This document shows, one piece after another, positions 13,265 to 26,330 of a stretch of DNA of 64,000 nt. Source of the stretch: Eledone cirrhosa (Eukaryota); assembly GCA_964016885.1 (NCBI GenBank), contig OZ024740.1, positions 231,880,001 to 231,944,000 on the forward strand, in the 5' to 3' direction. The notes beneath the pieces are model-generated. The model saw only the letters and a program-made list of their open reading frames with translations, was not told where the DNA came from and searched no databases. Each line of letters starts with the position of its first letter. Positions within the stretch are counted from its first letter, which is position 1. The position numbers were made by a program, and so were the translations under genes.

Positions 13265-13429
13265 TCGAACAAACAAACAATTATAATAGAATAGGCTCTT
13301 TCTCCGATCGACAATCCATTTATTTTATTATTTATTTTATTATTTATTTTATTATTTATTTTATTATTTATTTTATTATTTATTTTATTATTTATTTATT
13401 TAATCTTTTAACTAGTTACGTATTTATTC

Positions 13430-13490
13430 ATTAGTAGGTCCGTATTTATTCATTAGTAGGTCCGTATTTATTCATTAGTAGGTCCGTATT
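13430..13490. repeat. 22-bp minisatellite, about 3 units
   Basis: CGTATTTATTCATTAGTAGGTC in tandem. Confidence 0.85.
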
Positions 13491-13751
13491 TTTATGCCTA
13501 TTTTTAACAGTTGTAGTTTATTGAATATATTACTTTTTAAAAATGTTCATTTTGCTTTATGTGTTAACGTATAATCTTGTTATTCGCTATATTTGGAACC
13601 ACAAGTTTTCATTATTAAATATGTAGCACGTTTTGTGAAAACAATTTATTGAGCTAGTAGTTTTAACAAATCAATTGAGTATATTCACTGTCTTTATACT
13701 AAATTTATTGCTTTATACTAAATTTATTGCTTATATACATATATATATATA

Positions 13752-13800
<49 letters not shown>

Positions 13801-14027
13801 GTGTGTGTGTGTGCCTGTGTCTGTGTGTGTATATATGTGTGTGTATGTGTCTGTGTGTGTGTGCCTGTGTGTGTGTGTCTGTGTGTGCCTGTGTGTGTGT
13901 GCCTGTGTGTGTGTGCCTGTGTGTGTGTGTGTCTGTGTGTATGTGTGTGTGTGTGTCTGTGTGTGTGTGTGCCTGTGCGTGCGTGCGTGTGTGTGTGTGT
14001 GTGTGTTCCTGTGTGTGTGTGTGTGTT

Positions 14028-14075
<48 letters not shown>

Positions 14076-14319
14076 TAATCGTAGTTTCTAGACACCATAT
14101 ACTGCTATAATTAAAGGGTGTCTAGAACAAATCTGAATAAAATATATCATCCAGTTTGGCCAACATTCAGTACGACACGTCATGAGAGAGCATTTGAAAG
14201 CCTAGTGCTTCACGGGCATCAAGATTTCTAAACAATTGTTGACATTAGCTGGAATGTCATTGATCTTAGCTTTTCTCGGTCAAAAATTGTCTTGGGATAA
14301 ATAACATCATTAATGCCAA

Positions 14320-14508
14320 CGGCGGTAGATTGGCAGTATCGGTAGAGGGTCGGACACCATGCTTTCCAGCATAGTTACGTCCCTTTGCGGTCTGAGTTCA
14401 AATCCTGCCGAGGTTAACTTTGCCTTTCATCCTTACGGGGTCGATAAAATAAAGTACCAGTAATGTACTGGGTAATTGATGGCCTTGTGCCTAAAGTAGA
14501 AACAATTA
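14320..14508 (+). mobile_element. Deu/Nin SINE, full length
   Basis: A-box, B-box, Deu/Nin domain and 3' GTAGAAACAATTA. Confidence 0.85.
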
Positions 14509-15258
14509 ATGTATCGAAATACAGTTTTAATAATTTCCAAATTTTGATTTTTTTTTATCGTGTCACAAGTCAACGAAGTTGTATGAGGTATATACCTTTC
14601 TCATTGACATCAACATGTAAATGAATTGAAGTGAATGAAACCCAAACCTAGGAATATTTTGGCCCCTATTCTCCAGATATTGCATTTTAAATTTAACATT
14701 TGGATCAGACAAAAAGCAAAGGAAGTATAATGGTAGCAATTTCGTATCAGAAATGGGTCATGAACACAATTCTCCTCCGTCTTTACAAACCTGTTCCCCC
14801 TATTAGAAATAAGTTTAACATTTACAAGATACACATTTTAATAAGCAGAACTGTTTTTAATTTGTTTATTTATGTTTCTTTCAATAACCAAAACCTAGTA
14901 TTGAATTATTTCGAATCTCTTAATATATCCATCGATAATTTGTTTGTTCAGAGTGATTTTGCTCTTTCAGTAATATTCCCAATAACGTTTCCTCGCTTCA
15001 TTATGAATAAATAAATAAAATGAACAAATAAAATAAATAAATAAATACATAAAAGAAGGGGAATATTTTGAATATTCCATGACCGGATACAAGTACGACG
15101 TTTAAGCTGTTTATAGCTGTGACAACAGTAAGGCATTCAGGCTGTGTTTGTTTTCCAAAACGGAATAGTGCCAACACGTGACAAGTAAGTGCAGTTACTG
15201 AACTTTTCAAGTTATATTTCTGCAAACACGTGATGTGAGATGAAATTGTTGGATAGAT

Positions 15259-15656
15259 TGATTGCACTGTAATAATGGTTTCTCGTAAAGCCTCAAGGCC
15301 AGCAATTTTGGTAACCACAAGCAGTCACTAATAATAGGAGGCGCAAGCTCTCCTATCTCGATGTCATCTCCATAGATTCTGGTATTGAAATCCAGGATTT
15401 GGCAACGGCAATGAAGATGGAGATCATTTCTTGAGTCCATTTCGGCTGAGGCCACCGGATGACGATGATGATGAAATTGACTCCAGTGCGTGACTGGTAC
15501 TTTATTTTATCGACCCCATAAAGATGAAAGGCAAATTTAACTTCGGCGTGATTTGAACTCAGACCGTAAAGAAGCGTAACTCTATGCTGCAAAGCATAAG
15601 CGTCCGACCTTCTACTCATACTGCCAATCCCCCGCTCGTGATTGCACTGTAATAAT
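15259..15656 (-). mobile_element. Deu/Nin SINE with 18-bp TSD and an internal RTE 3' fragment (~15311-15472, + strand)
   Basis: TSD TGATTGCACTGTAATAAT at 15259 and 15639; insert translates RRKLSYLDVISIDSGIEIQDLATAM and ends in (GAT)n. Confidence 0.75.
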
Positions 15657-15828
15657 ACAAATCAAAGTTTAAAATGCGTAAGCAAAAACCATTCTTTTAA
15701 CTTTGTGTACCAACAAACAATTTTTTTTTTGTATATCACCAAATGTACTTGGGGGTGTGTTGTGCACGAATGTACATCGATATCTCCACATACAGTTACG
15801 CAAACAATCACATAAATATATATATACA

Positions 15829-16249
15829 ATATATTAATAAATGGAAACTATATTTATAAAACAATATTTATTTTATTATATATATTTCAAGGGCAACCAA
15901 GGCAAATTATGGTGCGCTTTCATCAGATAAAATACAGATTTGTTTTATAAATAAATATTGACATACACGGAAAAAAACACAACCTTAACGGTTGGAGCTT
16001 CCAGGAAGCTTTTTTCGTATTTTTTTCCGTGTATGTCAATATTTATTTATAAAACAAATCTGTATTTTATCTGATGAAAGCGCACCATAATTTGCCTTGG
16101 TTGCCCTTGAAATATATATAATAAAATAAATATAGTTTTATAAATATAGTTTCCATTTATTAATATATAGTCTATTTACTCCACTGTCTTATTGAGTGCT
16201 TTATATCAGTTATAAAAATGTTTAAGCTTGTTGAATGCCAACTAATTTA

Positions 16250-16250
<1 letters not shown>
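15829..16250. mobile_element. Fold-back HHR element in (TA)n (arms 15829-15977 and 16020-16168, tail to ~16250)
   Basis: Near-perfect reverse-complement arms; second family copy at ~50090-50265. Confidence 0.9.
16065..16126 (+). ncRNA. Type I hammerhead ribozyme motif
   Basis: TTTTAT-CTGATGA-AAGcGCACCA...TGGTTGCcCTT-GAAA-TATATA-TA-ATAAAA; stems I-III all present. Confidence 0.75.
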
Positions 16251-16320
<70 letters not shown>

Positions 16321-16753
16321 ATGTATATATGTAAATATATATATATATATGTATATATATGTATATATATATATATATAGTAAAAAATTGAACGGGAACA
16401 AAACAGAGAGGCAGTACGAACAAAGGTTTATTACTTTCACGCTCTTGAGAGTGGGGTGGTGGTGGGGAACGACGTTCAGGCATAAACCCTTCTTCGGGTG
16501 AAAAGTGTGTGGGAAGAGAGTTCCAAAGGTGTGTAGGGGAGTGGTGGAGAGACATATAGAAAAAAGGGGGTGAGAGGAAACGGTACAAATGAAATTAAAT
16601 ATAAAAGCATGATAAAAATAAAAATAAAAATACACATGAAGTAAAACAGGTGGTGGAAGGGTGTGGGGCGTGTAGGGGTGGTGCCGGGTGGAGTGGGGAG
16701 AGGGAGGCGGGGTGTCCGAGCGGGGAGGGTTGAAGATGGTGTGTGTGTAGGTG

Positions 16754-16809
<56 letters not shown>

Positions 16810-16871
16810 AAAGTAAGAGTTGGGGGAAGAACGGGGTTGCATGCATATATATATATATATATATATATATG

Positions 16872-17081
16872 TAAGTATGTATGTATATATACGTACATAC
16901 ATATATGTATACAGACGTACAGTAGTATGTATATATATACATACATGCACACATATATATATGGACGTATCGGGTTACCGAACATTTATTATAATGCTCG
17001 GTTTGTTTGTTTGTAAACAAACAAACCGAGCATTATAATAAATGTTCGGTAACCCGATACGTCCATATATATATGTGTGCA
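16872..17081. repeat. Fold-back head with a 67-bp-arm palindrome (16946-17012 and 17015-17081, loop GT)
   Basis: Direct reverse-complement match; left arm extends further and matches 10457-10595. Confidence 0.9.
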
Positions 17082-17083
17082 CG

Positions 17084-19397
17084 TAGGGGGCGGGGAACGG
17101 GCGACCACCCGTCGATGGATCTCCCGGGGCGGACAACGACCACCCCACAAATTCGAGCCGCGAAGATAACAAAAAGCATAGAGCCCAAAGGGGAAGCAAC
17201 AGTGCGGAAACCACCAGCAACCCAACAAATCTCCAACAAATCACGAAGCCCCCGACCCACAGATATAGGAGGAGACACCGAAAAATCACGTGGTATAACC
17301 TACCCTACTCAGCGGCCCTAAAGAAAAGCTTGGCCCGATTATTCTTTGGAGCACTTGACAAATGCTTCCCGAGGGACCACAGATACCACAGGATCTTCAA
17401 CAGACACACTGTGAAGCTTTCGTATTCCACCACGAGAAATTTGGCCCAACACATAGCTAGCGTCAACAGAAGTAAGCTTAAAAAAACACTCAGAAGAACC
17501 ATGTGAAAGGAGGGAAGGGGGTGGGGTGGACCCAGAGCCCACCCAAGAAACCCAAACAGACCCGAGGACCCCCCACCGAGCCTGGGGGAAGACCAACATG
17601 TAACACATAACGGGAACCCTAATCTAGGCAAGCAGAGGCCGACCACCCTCTGCAACTGCAGAAACCCCGAATCATGCCCCCTTGGTAATGAATGCCTCAA
17701 GAAGAACCTAGTTTACGGTTGTAGGGTTAAAACCCTCAACTCCGAACACCTCTACATAGGAACCACATCAACGAGCTTTAAAGACCGCTGGTACAACCAT
17801 CGCCATTCATTCAAGAATGAGGCCAAAAGGAAAAGCACAGCTCTCTCTGACCTGATCTGGAAGCTTAAGCTGGACAGGACCCCATACTCTCTGGCCTGGT
17901 ACATAATCAGGAAAGTACCACCCGATAAAGGGGGATCTTGCATATGCAAACTATGCCTGAACGAGACCCTCGAGATACTAAGAGGTGGAAGCGGCCTGAT
18001 AAACCTCAGAACCGACTTCTGCGGGACATCAGACACCTTAGAGCCGGGACCTTTCTCAAGATATATGGACAGTAGCAACACAAGAAGATGTGAACTCCCC
18101 TCAAGCTATAGGGACTTCTACAGAACATGAAAACACCTCTCGGCCAGACCTCCCTCAAGCTATATGGGCAGTAACAACACCCTAGGTTGTGAACTCCCCT
18201 CAAGCCATAGGGAACAACTCAGGCTGAGCAGACACCATGATAGCCTAGAGATAGAATCGGACACAGCCATTATAATTTGGCCAACATCTATTTAACACAA
18301 ACACTTTTTAATTTACTAGATTTCTGATTTTCAAGTTCCAATTTTAAATCTTGATTTCTCTTTATTAATTTGTTATTTGTTTTCTGCCCTCTTCACTGTA
18401 TCACCTTATATTTATTTTTAAGTTGAGATTGATTATAACACAAACACATTTAGGTTGATTATCTTATCTTAACATCTTGTCTCATACCAATCTATCCAAC
18501 ATATTCTGACCTTGAGATTGGTTATAGCACACACACACTTTATCCTACATTATTTCTCACTTCTCCATATTCATTTTCATTACTTTTTCACCAATTTTTC
18601 ATTTATTCTTTATTCTTTATTCTCTATTTATTTATTTATTTTCAAATTATACAAATTATATTAATTATTTTATTATATTATTTATTTATTTTCTGTTTTC
18701 TTCATTTATTGCCTTATATTTCTTCATATACATGGAAGAACACCCCCCACCCCCACCACCACCACCACTATGATGGTGGCAGGAGGGATGAAGGGAAAAA
18801 AAAACACACACACACACATTGGAAACTTCTAAATTGTTAGCAGCAGCAAGATATAAGCTGACCACAACACCAACAACACTACCAAAATAATGGTAGAGGT
18901 CAACTGTACTGAACAATAGCAAGCAAAAACACTACAGGGAGCCTCACCCCAGAAAGAATTCTATAGACTTCTGACTGAGGAATGCTCTCAGAACTGACCA
19001 ATGGGAAGTTTGACACTTTTTTTGTTATTTTGTTCCTTTAACACCTTGTCCCTTCTACCATTTTATCAATTTTTTAAGCTAACTCCAACAATAACAACAC
19101 TTAGAATGAGAAATGTTCTAATAACTGACCAATGAGAGGAGAAGGGGACCTGTGACACGAAAATTCGTTTGCTTGAATTCATATGACTCCAGTTCCTCAG
19201 TGAAATAACAACCCAACAAGGAACTGGGCATATCAGAGTATTGACAATATTATACACCTCAACAACATATGTACTTGTCTATACCATACTAATTCAAACT
19301 GCCTGAAGAGGTCACAGTCAAAGATGGCTGTCACTGAAATATATATATCAGTAATAAACGAAGCTAAATTTTAATCATTTGACTTTTATTTAACTTT

Positions 19398-19403
<6 letters not shown>
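17084..19403 (+). mobile_element. 5'-truncated Penelope-like retroelement (Naiad-type), frameshifted thumb/GIY-YIG endonuclease at ~17267-18075 plus long 3' UTR
   Basis: RKITWYNLPYS...LDKCFPRDHRYHRIFNRHTVKLSYS; CNCRNPESCPLGNECLKKNLVYGCRV...LYIGTTSTSFKDRWYNHRHSF...STALSDLIWKLK...CKLCLNETLEI...LINLR; CxCx5C linker; ends at (TA)n. Confidence 0.9.
19298..19352 (+). ncRNA. Hammerhead motif at the 3' end of the PLE
   Basis: ACTGC-CTGAAGA-GGTCACAGTCA(AAGA)TGGCTGTCACT-GAAA-TATATATA-TA-TCAGT. Confidence 0.75.
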
Positions 19404-19455
<52 letters not shown>

Positions 19456-19462
<7 letters not shown>

Positions 19463-20003
19463 GTGAGGTTTCTTTTACAAAATGAAAAATAACCGAGGTA
19501 TCCTACACAAGTGAAAGTATAAAGAAAAAAAGATGAAATTGAAAATGCAACTGGAGTCTTATTTAAAAAAATATATATATATTTATTTGGTTCCTTTACC
19601 GGTTTCGCAGTTCTTCTGCTTTTCAAAAGTAGAGTTGAGATGGATGGTCTGTGGTTTTTCTCACATCTGTGATGGCTACTAATCAAAATTGGGTCACAAA
19701 CACAGCTCTACTAGGAATTTACACACCTTCTATTCGTCTATCACAAATAAGCTCAAAATCAACAAGATACTTATTTCAATACAGAAAGTCATTTATTTAT
19801 TTTTACTTGTTTCTTTCAATTAACAAAATCTAGTTTCGTAACGCTTCGAATCTTTAAACAGATGTGAGAAAAACCACAGACCCTCCATCTCAACTCTACT
19901 TTTGAAAAGCACAAGAAGTGCGAAACCGGTAAAAGAACCAAATAAATATATATATATTTAAAAAAATAAGACTCCAGTTGCATTTTCGATTTCATCTTTT
20001 TTT

Positions 20004-20008
<5 letters not shown>
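19456..20008. mobile_element. Inverted pair of the CAGAT/U3-A8 HHR element enclosing a captured 186-bp fragment
   Basis: Antisense arm 19456-19669, sense arm 19859-20008, insert 19675-19860 equals the reverse complement of 20451-20636. Confidence 0.9.
19899..19934 (+). ncRNA. Type I HHR, U3-A8 variant
   Basis: CTT-TTGAAAA-GCAC(AAGAA)GTGC-GAAA-CCGG-TA-AAA. Confidence 0.7.
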
Positions 20009-20088
<80 letters not shown>

Positions 20089-21319
20089 CATATTTCTTGC
20101 TTACACATTAAACAGTTTGATTTTCATCCATACAGTGCAATCAATCTCACCAACAATTTTGTTTCACATCACGTGTTTGGAGAAATATAACTTGAAAAAT
20201 TCAGCAGTGCATTTGTCACGTGATGGCACCATTCCGTTTTGGAAGACAAACAGACCCTAAATCCCATTTTGTTTACACGGCTATAAACAGCTTAAAGTGG
20301 CGTACTTGTATCCGGTCACGGAATATTCAAAATATTCTCCTGTATTAGTTTATTTATATTCTTTATTTATTTATAATATAGAAACAAATGTTATGGGGGA
20401 TAATATTCAAAGAGCAAAATCGCTCTGAACAAACAAATTATCGATGGATTTGTTTAAATATTCGAAGCGTTACGAAAGTAGATTTTGTTAATTGAAAGAA
20501 ACAAGTAAAAATAAATAAATGACTTTCTGTATTGAAATAAGTATCTTGTTGATTTTGAGCTTATTTCTGATAGACGAATAGAAGATGTGTAAATTCCTAG
20601 TAGAGCTGTGTTTGTGACCCAATTTTGATTAGTAGCTATTTTTTCAAGTTAAATAGCAATCGTTTCCTTTGTTCGTGATCCAATTAAAAATTGCAGCAAT
20701 GAGCACTTTAGTAGGAAATTTCCTCGTATCTAGGAAATGAGCATTTCTTTCTTACTTCATTCATTTCATTTCGTATATGTCCATAAGAAAGGCACGAATT
20801 TACCACAATCCCATTTTTCTCTATACAACTTTGTTTTCGGATGCCTCAACAAAACGCGAATATTGAAAAAAAACTCTATGGGATAATGATGTCGTTGTTC
20901 CTTTTAATCTCCAGGCCAACACTGGTTGAACAAATATATGAGGTGTTCTAACTATGACCATCTCGTCTTTTTAGGACCGTTTAGGAGTATAGTGTTTAAT
21001 GTGTAATTATTTTATGACCACTACTTTTAACATATGAATTAACTTAATAAATTTTGGCTCTTTTGCTCAAGTCACATTCTGTTGTTACATGTGTTTTGGC
21101 TTATCAATTTAGTCGTTCGTGGGTGTGTTTCAGAAGAAGTAGGGGGTATGAAGCTTTTATGCATCCTGGTCCAATGAACAACAGTAAAAGTGATCAATAA
21201 ATAATTATAAAACAATGCATCCTTAACAGCTTAGTCCAGTTTTCTATAACTCAAATATTTCTCTATTAACATTGTCTATATTTCAGTTATGAAAATACAA
21301 TCTTGACAGATGCAAAGTG

Positions 21320-21500
21320 TCCGAACACTGAAGAGCCGAACTCCCACCGTCATCGCTCCCATCTCTTTCGCCCTCCCTATCTCTCTCTGTAGTGAGCAAA
21401 TGGGCTCTCACGTGCTAGCCACCCCACAGCCCCGGCGGACAGAATGGAAAAGGCGTTTCCCCGGAGGATGGTAAGAGAGATGCGCTGGAAGAGCCATTTC
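21320..21500 (-). mobile_element. CRE-like LINE 3' end fragment
   Basis: Reverse complement matches 26860-27025 (GNAFSIL region and 3' UTR). Confidence 0.7.
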
Positions 21501-21606
21501 ATCTCGCTTCGTGTATTTCATTAACATTTTTCTTTCTTTCTTGGGGATTTCGTATACTTTGTAATTTGAGATGCAGCTCCAAATACAAACTAAACGATCA
21601 TAAAAT

Positions 21607-22909
21607 ATACAAGATACACTCAAGAGGTTTTGAGACTTCACAGAGAGACGTTTATTTAACTCAGATCAACACAAATCTCTAGTCCCGCTCAAAGTAGGAT
21701 CTTCCAACTTCAATGCACATGTAAAGCTCCAATCACTTCTGGAAGGCCCCCTTGTAGTCCTCTAAAGTGAAGGTGTACAGGGCGTTTGTCACAGCCTATT
21801 TCGTTTCCTCCACATCCTCAAAATGGATACCCCTAAGCTTATCCTTCAGTTTCGGGAACATCCAGAAATCGTATGTGGCTAAGTCTAAACTGTAGGGAGG
21901 ATGAGGGACAGTCTTGATCCTCATATCGGCCAAGTAGTGGGTCACCAGGATGGAATTGTGGCAGGGGACATTGCCCTGGTGCAGCTGCTACTGATCAGAC
22001 CTGCAGAGTTCTGGACTCTTGCGACGAAATCTTTTTCTGAACTACCTCAAAACTTCCTCATAGTACTCTTTGTTGATTGTCTGGCTGTGGGGGACCCAAT
22101 GGATGTATATGATGCCTTTGCTGTCGAAGAATGGGATCATCATGAGCTTCTCGGTGGATCTGCTTGGGTCTTGGGGCGTCAGAATGATTCGACTGGACAC
22201 TCTGTTTCTTGGTCTCTGGATCATAATAGTAGACCCAGCTCTTGTCACAAGTTATCAGACACTCAAAAATATTTGGTTTCGAAGCGATCCACTCGATCAT
22301 GTCCCTACTGTCACCAACGCACCTCTGCCTTTGATAATCATTGAGCACCCTGGAAACAAACGTTGCGTAAACTGTGTGCATGTTCAGATGGTCGTGAATG
22401 ACTCTGTGCACAATGACTTCAAGCACTTCAAATTTTTAGTTATCGTCAGAAGAGATGCACGATGGTCTTCGTCCAGAAAAATGCGAATTTTATCGACAAA
22501 CTTTGGCGTTCTAATGTCCCGCTCCTAGCCACACCTTTCGTCATCCCTCACCTGCTCTATGCCCTCCTGGAACCTCATGTGCCAGTGAAAAACAGTTGTT
22601 CAGCTCATGATAGGTATTCTGTAAGCAGTTTTAACCATTTCATATAATGTTGCAGCATTTTGCCGACCTACACATAAAATGTTATTGCATATCGAGCCGC
22701 CAAGTTGTCCTCATGTCCCGACTGCATTGTTGAATCTGTCAGCTGTGACAAGACGTGTATGACGGGTAGTGTTTAAAGTGTTGAAACTCCCCGTCCCTTC
22801 AAGCTGCGTGTTAGCTTGTTATAACCATATCAACGATGTATTAGAGTGACAGTTACATAGGTCATTAAAAGTGTCTCAAAAAATAAAAAGTCTCAAAACG
22901 TACCTCGTA
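21607..22909 (-). mobile_element. Mariner transposon, near full length, decayed
   Basis: ITCDKSWVYYYDPETKKQS, MMIPFFDSKGIIYIHWVP, PHPPYSLDLATYDFWMFPKLK; TACGAGG terminus at 22903-22909 and degenerate partner near 21607. Confidence 0.9.
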
Positions 22910-23279
22910 TATAGCTGCTCATCCGATCACCAATTAACCCAACCCCTCGTCAATTTATATATCCATCCCAAAGGATGGTTCGATATTGCTAAAACCATAT
23001 CCAGTTATATAATATTTAAGCCATTTGAAACAGTGTGCTGTACTTCATATGTTCACCCGAAGAGAGGTTTTATGTTTCTATATACACGGAAATTAGACTG
23101 TAGTTCTATCAACTACAATGTTGAGCAACATTTCTCCTCACACAACATATATCATCCTGAAGAATGAGTTGCTGATGCTGGTAAAGTTTTAGTACACATC
23201 GTACTATTTATTCCATTAGCACCTAACGTAGCAAGTAGGTGAAACGAAGAAATCGGTTGTTGCTCTTCTATGGCTTTTG

Positions 23280-23312
<33 letters not shown>

Positions 23313-23327
23313 CGTGTGTGTGTGTGT

Positions 23328-23458
<131 letters not shown>

Positions 23459-23492
23459 CGTGTGTGTGTGTGTGTGTATAATAAAGATATTT

Positions 23493-23557
23493 CATCTGAT
23501 GAACGAACTTAGACGATTCTGTTCGAATCATCTGACTCCGCGAAACTGTGGTTAATG
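23493..23557 (+). ncRNA. Hammerhead-like motif with long stem II
   Basis: CAT-CTGATGA-ACG...GATTC(TGTTC)GAATC...CGC-GAAA-CTGTGG-TTA-ATG, between (TG)n and (TA)n. Confidence 0.55.
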
Positions 23558-23589
23558 GAATGATTATATCGTGTTGTTTTTTACATAAT

Positions 23590-23631
<42 letters not shown>

Positions 23632-23635
<4 letters not shown>

Positions 23636-25230
23636 CTGCATGGTACCTCCAATAAAAAGAGTTCATCAAAGAAGAAAAGGGAGTTCATTGAATATCCAAA
23701 CATCCCATCAGCTATTCACACAGTTCCACATGGAAAAAGGTCTACCTGTTCCTGATTTACCAGCTTTGGTATCCTTCGAGTCAGATGAAGAATGTGATAG
23801 GGAAGAAGCAGAGAAGGATGACAGTGCTGGGTAACAAAATGATCTAAATGTTGATGAAGCACACTCCTCTAGACCACATCTTATAAGACAATGGAAATTC
23901 CATGACCTTGGCAGGGATATAAAACTACCTAAGAATTAGGCAGAGCTGCAAGGTTCTCGCATTCAACAGTGGAATCTCCTGTTAGCTAATGTGCAGATTT
24001 CAAAATTTCGTGGCTGTGAGCAGTCAACCAGCAATTTCTTCATAATGGAAGGTGATTTATTTGCCTGCAACAATATTAATGGTCTGATGGAATCACTTAA
24101 TATTGAATACGAACCCAATCACTGGAGGCTATTCATAGATTCATCAAAAACTAGTCTGAAAGGTGTCTTGCTGCATAATGACAATAGTGAACCATCACTC
24201 TCTGTGGACTATGCATCACATATGAAAGAAACTTATGAGAATATAAAGCATATGTTACAATGCATAAAATATAATGAACATGACTGGCAGCTCTGTGGTG
24301 ACTTAAAGGTTGCTGCTCCTGTGATGGGCTTCCAGGACGGATACACCAAGTACTGCTGCTTTCTGTGTGAATGGGGACAGCCGTGCAAGAAGTTTCCAAT
24401 ATATCAGCAAAGACTGGCCACCCCGTTAATCATTGGAGCCTGAGATGAAAAATGTTCAACATCCATCTCTCACTGAACCAAACTAAATTTTGCTTCCACC
24501 ACTACACATAAAACTGGGGCTCACGAAACACTTTGTAAAAGCTATGGACAAATCCAGTCAGAGATTCAAGTATTTAACATCAAAATTCCCCTCACCGAGT
24601 GACGCTAAATTAAAAGCGAGAGTCTTCATTGGTCCTCAGAATCAAGAGCTTCTTAAAGATGGTGACTTTGAATCAGCCCTTCATGGGGAGGAGAAAGCTG
24701 CTTCGGAAGCATTGAAGTTAGTGGCGAAGGAATTTCTCGGAAACAGAAGGGAAGGAAACTATGAAGAATTAGTGGAAAACCTCATCAAGTCTTACAAGAA
24801 CATGGGATGTAACATGTCACTTATAATCCATTTTTGGACTCACATTTAGACTTTTTTTTAGCGAACTGTGGGGCAGTTAGTGGCGAACATGGTGAAAGGT
24901 TTCACCAAGATATTTCGACAATGGAAAAGCAGCACTAGGGTAAATGGAGCACAACAATGCTTGTAGACTATTGCTGCACACTGGCAGCAGATGATTCTCC
25001 AGCTAACTATAAGCGTCAAGCAAAAAGACAGAGTAGATACGGACTAGAGCTTAAAACATAATGACACATATTGTACGTTATAATAAAATACTCAAATATC
25101 ACACATGTATCTTTAAGCCTGTAGCTAAGCGTTTATCAAGGTGATATTTGGATTCAGGACATGGAAATACATAAGAATTAAATAATCTCATTTAAGAATA
25201 ACATAACTTTTCAAAAATTGTTGACCAGTG
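23632..25230 (+). mobile_element. Chapaev3-type (CMC) DNA transposon, decayed transposase, 5' truncated
   Basis: WRLFIDSSKTSLKGVLLHN, WQLCGDLKV, GYTKYCCFLCEW, LPPLHIKLGL, GCNMSL, EHGERFHQDIS; 3' terminus ...TTGACCAGTG. Confidence 0.8.
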
Positions 25231-26063
25231 TTATCAGAGTGGATACAATACGTTACATAGTGGAATAAACGGAATTGTGTAGGAATACAAGAAGCGGTGC
25301 ACTTTGTTTCATACTTTAAATCTGGCAGAACCCTTACTCATTCCAGGTCCAAATACAGAGAGAAAGGGGGGCGAAAGGGAGAGAGGGAGGAAGACAGAAG
25401 AAGCGAGAAAGGGAGATAGAGGGAGTAGGACAGAGGGAGAGTGAGAGGGGATGAATACAGAAGAGAGGGAAGGAGAGAGGAGAGAGAAAGAACGAGAGAG
25501 ATAAGAATTGAAAAAGAGATATAGAAGAAGAATCGACACAAGTACGGGATTTGATGAAAGGCAGAATTGGCTGCGGCAGGATTTGAACAGAGAGAGAGTA
25601 CAGAGACCCGGGTGAATGCTGAAAAGAATTACATCGTGGGATATTGCTTGTTTTAATTGTTTATTTATTGAAGTTGGTCAGTGGACGATTTGTCAGTAGA
25701 TCCTCGTGTGCAATAATGTATGGCATTTGGCTACTTCAGTATATGTGCTGATTTCAAAACCTTCGAAGTACTGGGTGAATGGAATAGATTATACTCATAA
25801 AGTCTCACAAGAATACTGTCTAATGAGCGAAAGCAGTAAAATAATGTAGAAGTTATTAAAGAATGACCTGACTTATTTAGAAATGTGGAAATCAAATCAA
25901 TATACTTCGAAACATATGAACGTAAAACATTTTTCTGTGGGTTTTTTTTAGTATTCACAGTTTATGAATATAAACCAGGTATCGTTCAATATTGATTCAA
26001 GGACACCAGCACACAAACCTTAGATGCTATTACACACACAAACACACACTCAGTCATACATAC

Positions 26064-26104
<41 letters not shown>

Positions 26105-26216
26105 GGTGGGGGTGGGGGTCTGTTTCATGTGTGTTGGCGTGAAGCCAGGTTATAAACGAAAAAAGAAAAATAAACGAAATATGTGCGAAGAATGGACGAA
26201 CGGGTAAAACCTACTA

Positions 26217-26330
<114 letters not shown>

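Noticed and set aside
16465-16502. Minus-strand CCGAAGA-AGGG...CCT-GAAC motif
   Set aside because: Two core deviations; probably a decayed HHR but not supportable alone
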